33,562 bases of DNA from a virus. Its lineage: Duplodnaviria; Heunggongvirae; Uroviricota; Caudoviricetes. A program made the translations under genes and the position numbers. Position 1 is the stretch's first letter. Each line of letters opens with the position of its first letter. The stretch is taken from the IMG/VR virus record IMGVR_UViG_2850808358_000004; one strand, 5' to 3'. Of the stretch, positions 26,894 through 33,562 are shown piece after piece. The notes below the pieces were generated by a model that was not told where the DNA came from, searched no databases, and worked only from the letters and a program-made list of their open reading frames with translations.

Positions 26894-28868
26894 GCGCCTG
26901 AAAGCGCAGGAAGCCGCAGGCGGCAACCGTATCATCATTGATCAGTTTGTATTTGCAAATATCCCGGATCTGAACATTGCCGACACGCCGTCTGAAAACG
27001 AACCATTGCCCCCCGATGCACAGATAGTTCACCGCCAGAACGTTGATCGCAACGGAATGGTAAATGAGAACACCGTCGCCTACTCCGTTACCCTGCCGGA
27101 GTCCACGGGTGATTTTACTTTTAACTGGCTGGGTCTGGTAAGCAGCACCACAAATACACTTTGTATGGTGGTATATCTTCACCCTCAGAAAAAAATAAAA
27201 ACCGCAGACGGCAAACAGGGTAATACCCTGATTTATTCTGAAATTATGGAATACGCCGGAGCCAGCGCCGCAACCGGCATCACCACGCCAGTAAGCACCT
27301 GGCAGATTGATTTTACGGCACGGCTTCACGGCATGGACGAGGCCACCCGCAAAGCGGCGCTGGATATCTACGGGCCTGGCCTGTTCTTTAATAACGCCTT
27401 TAAACTCACCGCTCAGGCTACCGGGCAGGCGACCTTCGCGCCGGGTATTGCCTATCTGCGCGGATTACGTGTGGAGCTGGATGAACAAGGCACACTGACA
27501 TACGCCACCGGAATTTCACAAACTGTTTATGTTGACGCGGCATTAACCGGTACCCTGACCGGGGAAAATAAAGCCATATTCAGCCTGACGAGTCAGAAAA
27601 CAGCCGACTATACCGACAGTTCAGGATTTGCCCATTATGTCGAACCCATCGCCACAATATCAGACAGTGGCGAGATCACCGATATACGAAAAACCCGCAA
27701 ACCATTAAATGACCGCCTTGATGGCGAATACCTGACCCGTAACGGGAACCTGAAAGAAATTGCTGACAAAGGTGAACAGGCCCAGTCTGATGCCAGAAAG
27801 CATATGGGCCTCGGCGACAGCGCCACCCTTAATGTTGGCACCGCGCAGGACACTGTAGCCGCAGGTGACGACATCCGCATCACAGGAGCGCTGCAAAAAA
27901 ATCAGAACGGAGCAGATATTCCCGATAAACCGCTGTTTATCCAGAACGTTGGTTTACAGGAAACGGTAAACAAGGCTGATAACGCTGTCCAAAAGACAGG
28001 CGATACCTTGTCCGGTGGACTGACTTTTGAAAACGACTCAATCCTCGCCTGGATTCGGAATACTGACTGGGCGAAGATTGGATTTAAAAATGATTCGGAT
28101 GCAGACACCGATTCCTACATGTGGTTTGAAACGGCGGATAACGGTAATGAATATTTCAAATGGAGACACCGCCTCGCTGGCGGCCGGGTTAAAGACCTGA
28201 TGAATCTCAAATGGGATACACTAAATATTCTGGTTAATGCCGTCATTAATGGTTGTCTTGGAATTGGTACGACGAATGCGTTAGGTGGAAGTTCAATCGT
28301 TTTAGGAGATAACGATACCGGGTTTAAACAAAATGGCGATGGTCTGCTTGATGTTTATGCGAATGGACAGCATGTATTTCGTTTTCAGAATGGCGTGGCT
28401 ATTGCTTTTAAGAATATTCAGGCCGGAACTGCCAGAAAATTCACGTTATCCAGCGCCAACAACTCCACGAAAAATGCAGCGTTTTGTTTGTGGGGTAATC
28501 CATCCAGGCCTGTTGTTGCAGAGCTTGGTGATGATTCAGGCTGGCATTTTTTCAGCCAGAGGAATACAGATAACAGCATCACGTTCGCCGTAAACGGACA
28601 GGTAATTCCGTTAAATTACGGAAACTTCGATGCCCGCTATAAACATCGAACTGAGGGGGTACAGGATGTGCGGTATGGCCATGAAATGTATTACAACCCT
28701 GGCAGCAACACCGTTTCATGGACGTTTCGCTCACCTTCGGGACACGGGCTGTCAGGGATATCGATATCGGATACCGGCCGTAACTCAGCGGATAACGTCA
28801 ACGGTGTGTATTACCGACCGCTGCAAAAACTGATTAATGGCACCTGGTATAACGTAGCGAGTATTTAA
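26862..28868 (+). CDS. Tail fiber protein (P2 gpH-like, with conserved C-terminal receptor-binding region)
   Basis: 668 aa; C-terminal half ([30 protein letters not shown]...[11 protein letters not shown]) resembles the conserved distal tail-fiber region of coliphages; followed by a fiber assembly gene. Confidence 0.85.
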   Translation: MTQSAITSAFERLKAQEAAGGNRIIIDQFVFANIPDLNIADTPSENEPLPPDAQIVHRQNVDRNGMVNENTVAYSVTLPESTGDFTFNWLGLVSSTTNTLCMVVYLHPQKKIKTADGKQGNTLIYSEIMEYAGASAATGITTPVSTWQIDFTARLHGMDEATRKAALDIYGPGLFFNNAFKLTAQATGQATFAPGIAYLRGLRVELDEQGTLTYATGISQTVYVDAALTGTLTGENKAIFSLTSQKTADYTDSSGFAHYVEPIATISDSGEITDIRKTRKPLNDRLDGEYLTRNGNLKEIADKGEQAQSDARKHMGLGDSATLNVGTAQDTVAAGDDIRITGALQKNQNGADIPDKPLFIQNVGLQETVNKADNAVQKTGDTLSGGLTFENDSILAWIRNTDWAKIGFKNDSDADTDSYMWFETADNGNEYFKWRHRLAGGRVKDLMNLKWDTLNILVNAVINGCLGIGTTNALGGSSIVLGDNDTGFKQNGDGLLDVYANGQHVFRFQNGVAIAFKNIQAGTARKFTLSSANNSTKNAAFCLWGNPSRPVVAELGDDSGWHFFSQRNTDNSITFAVNGQVIPLNYGNFDARYKHRTEGVQDVRYGHEMYYNPGSNTVSWTFRSPSGHGLSGISISDTGRNSADNVNGVYYRPLQKLINGTWYNVASI

Positions 28869-28869
28869 T

Positions 28870-29397
28870 ATGATGCACTTAAAGAACATAAAAGCGGGTA
28901 ACGCTAAAACGCCGGAACAGTATGAGTTAACAAAGAAGCACAGAGTCATCTGGCTTTACGCTGAAGACGGGAAAAACTGGTATGAGGAAGTGAAGAACTT
29001 TCAGCCAGATACAATAAAGATTGTTTACGACGAAAATAATATTATTGTTGCCATTACCAAAGATACCTCAACGCTTAATCCTGAAGGTTTCAGCGTTGTC
29101 GAAGTTCCTGATATTACCGCCAACCGACGTGCTGATGACTCCGGGAAGTGGATGTTTAAGGACGGAGCTGTGGTTAAGCGGATTTATACGGCAGGCGAGC
29201 AGCAACAACAGGCCGAATCACAAAAGGCCGCGTTACTTTCCGAAGCTGAATCAGTCATCCAGCCGCTGGAACGCGCTGTCAGGCTGAATATGGCAACAGA
29301 CGAGGAACGCACACGACTGGAAGCATGGGAACGCTACAGTGTTCTGGTCAGCCGTGTGGACACTGCAAAACCTGAATGGCCACAAAAGCCCGGGTGA
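28870..29397 (+). CDS. Tail fiber assembly chaperone (Tfa / P2 gpG family)
   Basis: 175 aa; [22 protein letters not shown] ... [28 protein letters not shown]... matches Tfa-family proteins. Confidence 0.85.
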   Translation: MMHLKNIKAGNAKTPEQYELTKKHRVIWLYAEDGKNWYEEVKNFQPDTIKIVYDENNIIVAITKDTSTLNPEGFSVVEVPDITANRRADDSGKWMFKDGAVVKRIYTAGEQQQQAESQKAALLSEAESVIQPLERAVRLNMATDEERTRLEAWERYSVLVSRVDTAKPEWPQKPG

Positions 29398-29401
29398 AAA
29401 C

Positions 29402-29424
29402 CAAGGCCCGAACGCCAGGCCTTT
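29402..29424 (+). terminator. Putative intrinsic terminator after the tail fiber operon
   Basis: Hairpin AAGGCC-(9 nt loop)-GGCCTT followed by TT; weak T-tract. Confidence 0.35.
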
Positions 29425-29533
29425 TGCGAATACACCGGCATGCCAGAGTGGAAACAAATTGCGACGCACCAGTCCGTGCACATTTCTGACCGGGCAGCTA
29501 TTCCAGAAAACAGCAGACAAGAGAGGTACAGAT

Positions 29534-30277
29534 ATGTGGTTTCCGGCAAAACTGATGCTTCCGACAGGTAATATCACCCCCATAACATGTTCAGCTATGG
29601 CCGTACATCCGTGGGATGTTGAAGCGGGGCACATTACGCCAGACGGTGCGTATTTAAGCCCCGTCAACGCAATAAACCACCTTAACAGCAAACTCCCGGG
29701 CCTGACCGAAAACAGCGATATCGCCATCATAATGGTAACAGGCAGCAATAATAACGATTTTATTCGTCAACTGTCAGCACTGGCAGACACACTCCCTTTA
29801 CCCACTCTGACGCAGACGCTAAGACGCGCAAGAACACAGCTCACCCAGGCAATCACCAGAATGCAAATCCCGGCGACACCACAGAACGGACTACCCGCTC
29901 CGCAACCACTTATTGCCAGCACACTACAGAACAGCATCAGTAACCACACCGCGCTTAACGCTATGAAGGCCGAAGGGCTGAACTCTGTCGACTCACTGAA
30001 AAACGCGTTATCCGGTTTTCAGGCACAACGTCAACGGTTGCAGCAACAGATAATCGCTGAACTGGCAGGAGCAGGCGATAAAGTGGCAAAAGCATTTGCG
30101 TTCGTGCACACCGGCGACGCCGTTTTAGCCCGCCGGGAAATGATGAAAAATATTCCGCACCCCACAGCTTCACTGACATATGCACACCTGTTCGCAGGCG
30201 ATCTTTCCGGGATGCTGAACTGGATAACGAAGGCAGAAAATGAGCCAGAACACGACAACGCCACTGCTGGCCCTTAA
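29534..30277 (+). CDS. Hypothetical protein, first gene of the final tail operon (function unknown)
   Basis: Start at ATG 29534 with GAGAGG RBS (ORF-track entry 29339 begins inside the Tfa gene); 247 aa; no recognisable motif. Confidence 0.45.
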   Translation: MWFPAKLMLPTGNITPITCSAMAVHPWDVEAGHITPDGAYLSPVNAINHLNSKLPGLTENSDIAIIMVTGSNNNDFIRQLSALADTLPLPTLTQTLRRARTQLTQAITRMQIPATPQNGLPAPQPLIASTLQNSISNHTALNAMKAEGLNSVDSLKNALSGFQAQRQRLQQQIIAELAGAGDKVAKAFAFVHTGDAVLARREMMKNIPHPTASLTYAHLFAGDLSGMLNWITKAENEPEHDNATAGP

Positions 30278-30806
30278 TGGTCAGATAATCCCGCTAAAAC
30301 GCTTAAGTGTCAGCGTGAAGCTGACCATCAAAGACAAAGACGCTTCCGGAAAATCCTCATCAACAGCGACTTCAGAACAGGGTGTAAAAGCCAAGGAGCT
30401 GCAGATTTCCGGACTGATTCCGTTCACCCAGCCGGAAGCACTCACACGCTTATTTCGTCTGGCTGAAGCCAGAGCCGCTAACGGTGCACAACAGGTTTAC
30501 CGCATCGCCAACATGGATGCCAAAGCGGTCAATATGAAGCAAGGGATTTTTTCCGGTGCCGTGGGCGCAACTCCTGAAACAGGCCTGATGGCATGGAAAG
30601 TTGACTTCACTCTGAAAGAAAAACTCAGCAGTGCCGAAAAGGCGACAGGACGCGGCCCGGCTGGCAGCCAGAGTGCTGAACAGCACGCACAGGCCGTCAA
30701 ATCAGGTGGCAAAGGCGAAAAAAACGAAGAGCATGGCTGGTTCTGGAAAATGTCAGACAAACTCAATAACTGGATAGGCCCGGCAGGCAATGAAACCAAT
30801 TCGTGA
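30240..30806 (+). CDS. Hypothetical tail-associated protein
   Basis: 188 aa; overlaps the upstream gene by 38 nt and the downstream hub gene by 17 nt. Confidence 0.45.
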   Translation: MSQNTTTPLLALNGQIIPLKRLSVSVKLTIKDKDASGKSSSTATSEQGVKAKELQISGLIPFTQPEALTRLFRLAEARAANGAQQVYRIANMDAKAVNMKQGIFSGAVGATPETGLMAWKVDFTLKEKLSSAEKATGRGPAGSQSAEQHAQAVKSGGKGEKNEEHGWFWKMSDKLNNWIGPAGNETNS

Positions 30807-32478
30807 TCTCTGCATTAACGGCAGGCGTTATCCTGTCGTGGAAGAAAACATCATGTTGCGTCTCAACGGCGCGGGAACCGGCTTTATCACCATTAACGCC
30901 GCCGACAATACTCCCCCGCTACGCGGCAAACCCGTAGAGCTGTCCATCGGTTACAATGATCAGCCTGTAAAGTGGTTTTCGGGATATGTGGAAAGTGACA
31001 GTTGTACAGGCAGAGGGCTGCACAAGCTGATGGTGCGCGAAGCTGCTGCTATTCTGCAATACCCGCTCAACATCTCCATGCAGCATCCGACGCTGAAACA
31101 GGTCGCAGGACACATTGAAGGCAATACAGGTTTACGCATACAACTCCCGAAGGCAGGCTACACCACCACTCCGGTCCCTCATCTGACCCACAATGGCAAC
31201 GGTTATCAGCTGATGGCCATGCTTGGCCGCATATTCAGTATCCCGGATTACGTCTGGTATCCGTCGGTTGACGGCATCATCTACGCCGGAAGCTTTGCTG
31301 ACTGCCGTTTTGCAAAACGCCCTGCCAGATTGCCGGTCGATATCACCAGAGGTGATCACGGAGCAAATGGCTGGACAATACAGACGATTCCCATGATGCG
31401 CCCCGGCGTGGTCATGAACGATCACCGTATAAATCAGGTACAGCTACAGGGCGACAGCATGATCATTAGCTGGAGTGATGGCCGTCAGTCGCCAGTACAA
31501 CGCCAGATCGAAACCCTTTACCCCGAGATAGGCAACAAAACCCACCTTCCACGCATGGGACGCGTGATCTCACCAACTGAAAACACAACCCAGGGGGATT
31601 TGCATGATGAATTTCGCCCACGCTACGCCGTCAATGTGCAGTTGCTCGACGAGAACGGCACCCCCGATAAGAACACACCGGTATATAACGCCGTCCCCGT
31701 TCCTGTGCCAATGGCCGGCAATGAATCCGGGATATTCCAGTACCCGCCCCCAGGAACCATAGTTACACTGGCCCACGTTGACGGCAGGCCGGATAAACCC
31801 ATCATCACCGGCACTCACGCCAGCGGCCAGAGTCTGCCGGGAATAAAGCCCGGCGAACAACTACAACAGCAACGCGCAGAGGTATTCCAGCGTGTGCATA
31901 CAGATGGCACATGGCAGCGTGAAACCGATCAGGTTATTCGTGAGAAATCCACCGACCGCATCATCCAGAACACAACGGAAACGCGCACCAGTACCACTCG
32001 TAATATTACCGTAAAGGCCAACAACACCATAACGGTGCTCGGCACTCATAAGCTGATGAGCGGCCACATACAGCACATCGCAGACGGTGACTATGCCGTA
32101 GCCGCCACGAAGAAACTGATAAAGCACGCCGACAGCGCTGAACTCGACGTTACTCACCAGTGGCAAACCAGCACAGAAAGCACCACCCACAATGTGGCGA
32201 AAACGCTGGAAGAAAAGATTGGCCGGATTAAAAAATCCGTCGCTGGCCAGATGCAACAGATCATCGCCCCGCAGGTCTGGTTTGGCAGCAATACCATCAA
32301 CACACTTAACCTCATGCTGGATCTTTGCGACACCGTTCAGCAACTGGCGCAGCTCACCGCACAACACACTCATACCAACAACGGGTCGTCACAGCCCACC
32401 AACAGCGGCAGCATAGACACGGTGGCATCAATGGCAGGCAACCTGAAAGCGAAGTACAGTACCGTGATTAAGCAGTAA
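30790..32478 (+). CDS. Putative baseplate hub plus central spike fusion (gpD-like N-terminus, gpV-like OB-fold region; VgrG-like architecture)
   Basis: 562 aa; internal region NAVPVPVPMAGNESGIFQYPPPGTIVTLAHVDGRPDKPIITG resembles baseplate spike (gpV) OB-fold segments; last large gene of the tail cluster. Confidence 0.45.
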   Translation: MKPIRDLCINGRRYPVVEENIMLRLNGAGTGFITINAADNTPPLRGKPVELSIGYNDQPVKWFSGYVESDSCTGRGLHKLMVREAAAILQYPLNISMQHPTLKQVAGHIEGNTGLRIQLPKAGYTTTPVPHLTHNGNGYQLMAMLGRIFSIPDYVWYPSVDGIIYAGSFADCRFAKRPARLPVDITRGDHGANGWTIQTIPMMRPGVVMNDHRINQVQLQGDSMIISWSDGRQSPVQRQIETLYPEIGNKTHLPRMGRVISPTENTTQGDLHDEFRPRYAVNVQLLDENGTPDKNTPVYNAVPVPVPMAGNESGIFQYPPPGTIVTLAHVDGRPDKPIITGTHASGQSLPGIKPGEQLQQQRAEVFQRVHTDGTWQRETDQVIREKSTDRIIQNTTETRTSTTRNITVKANNTITVLGTHKLMSGHIQHIADGDYAVAATKKLIKHADSAELDVTHQWQTSTESTTHNVAKTLEEKIGRIKKSVAGQMQQIIAPQVWFGSNTINTLNLMLDLCDTVQQLAQLTAQHTHTNNGSSQPTNSGSIDTVASMAGNLKAKYSTVIKQ

Positions 32479-33418
32479 GTTTACAGATGAGAAGAGGTGC
32501 ACAGGCAGCCCGGTTTACCACTCAAGAATCATGCCACAAAATACAGACAAATAAGCCTTTCGTGAAATTATTCATATATCAATAAATTTCATTCATCGAA
32601 CCAGACGAAAGCCCGTCGCGACGGGCATTCCCCAGAAAAACACCCCCCACCAGACGCGCTGTATCGCATTCTGCGACATGCTTTAAGCAAATAAACGCGC
32701 GAGTCCCCCTGAATTCAGCTCGTAACGCCTGAAAGCGTACACGCACGCTACGTGGATATTTCACGGCATGATGAGCCCAACACACGGCACGGGCGCAAGC
32801 CCCCCGCGCTTGCACTCTTTACGATAAAAATTTTTTGCCAAATAAATTTGCGCAAAACGACACTCCAGATCGCGCCAGCACTGGCGCTTTACAAAAAAGC
32901 CATCTGGCACAAAGTGTCAAAGATTGCCAGGCTTTGCCAGATTAACGTTAAAAAAGGATCTGACAGAAAAATTAACCATATGAAAAACAAAACTATTTTT
33001 TGCTTTCGTCATTTTAAAGGATCTGAATGCCGCCAAAGTGCCACGCACAGGAACCACTTAACGCAATGAAATAAAAGGTAAAAACAAAACATTGGACAAG
33101 GATCGTTTTGGCGCAGCGTTACACAGTTTCACTGTGTAACTATTTTCAGGCGCAAGCAAAAACCGCTCACGAAAGCAGCGACAAAAGCGGCAAAATTTTA
33201 ACTTTCGCGGAGAACCGAACGGGTGACGTGAAACTTTACGTAGCAGAGAAGCGGGAAATCAGTAGAATAATCGCGGGTGCCTTTCGGCTGACGGCTGGAA
33301 GGTTAACCTGAAGGCCGGATGTGGAAAGGCCCCGGAAAACATTTTTGTTTAACCGAGGCCCTAACCGTCTAACCAGCAATTGATAGGTTAGCGCCTCTCC
33401 ACTCAGGAGGCAAGCGCC

Positions 33419-33562
33419 ATGTCGCAAAAATCGCTAATCGCCATCACCACACTGTGCGTGACGGCAATCCTCATCATCTGGATGTTGCAGGGTTCGCTCT
33501 GCGAGATACGGATGAGTTTCTGGGGAGCGGAGTTTGCGGCGTTCTTACAATGTAGACAGTAA
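33419..33562 (+). CDS. Hok/Gef-family type I toxin (small membrane peptide)
   Basis: 47 aa MSQKSLIAITTLCVTAILIIWMLQGSLCEIRMSFWGAEFAAFLQCRQ: N-terminal TM helix followed by the family-typical SLCEIR ... EFAAFL segment, closest in pattern to HokA; AGGAGG RBS 8 nt upstream. Confidence 0.7.
   Translation: MSQKSLIAITTLCVTAILIIWMLQGSLCEIRMSFWGAEFAAFLQCRQ

Noticed and set aside
32579-33427. ORFs of 63-105 aa in the AT-rich right flank (32579..32815, 32752..33069, 33108..33311, 33236..33427)
   Set aside because: No RBS, low-complexity translations and mutual overlap; the region is more likely non-coding leader or attachment-site DNA, though a short mok-like frame upstream of hok cannot be excluded
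1-33562. CRISPR arrays, rRNA/tRNA genes, IS elements and transposase genes
   Set aside because: No regular repeat-spacer arrays, no terminal inverted repeats flanking a transposase-like ORF, and no tRNA-like cloverleaf candidates beyond the rejected one were seen

Overview
Almost the whole window is one temperate prophage with P2-like (peduovirus-type) immunity, replication and head modules joined to a contractile-tail module arranged in a non-P2 order. Left to right: a minus-strand terminator and two cargo genes beside the integrase (193-1231); integrase and C-type repressor (minus) facing a cox-like gene across a switch region; a long rightward early operon (2663-11278) of small proteins, an ASCH protein, Dam methylase, a DUF4406 protein and the gpA-type rolling-circle replication initiator; an Ogr/Delta-type zinc-finger gene; P2-like head genes (terminase P and portal Q on minus, then scaffold O, capsid N, small terminase M, head completion L); putative connector, sheath and tube; a lysis cassette (holin, lysozyme, Rz with embedded Rz1); tail chaperone with an A7 slippery site, tape measure, baseplate, tail fiber and fiber assembly genes; a terminator; a last three-gene tail operon ending in a hub-spike fusion (32478). 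The final ~1 kb is AT-rich non-coding DNA ending in a complete Hok-family type I toxin gene. No rRNA, tRNA, CRISPR array or IS element was recognised, and att sites could not be placed. At least seven conserved genes (int, ASCH, HTH, portal, terminase, capsid twice) are broken by single-base frameshifts, mostly at homopolymer runs, so either the assembly carries indel errors or the prophage is decaying; all ORF boundaries should be read with that in mind. I do not recognise a known defense system here. The best candidates for something undescribed are the integrase-adjacent two-gene cassette, the ASCH-Dam-DUF4406 cluster, the unknown gene opening the last tail operon, and the structured 320-bp gap in the early operon. 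All protein assignments are from my reading of the translations and gene order, not from database searches.
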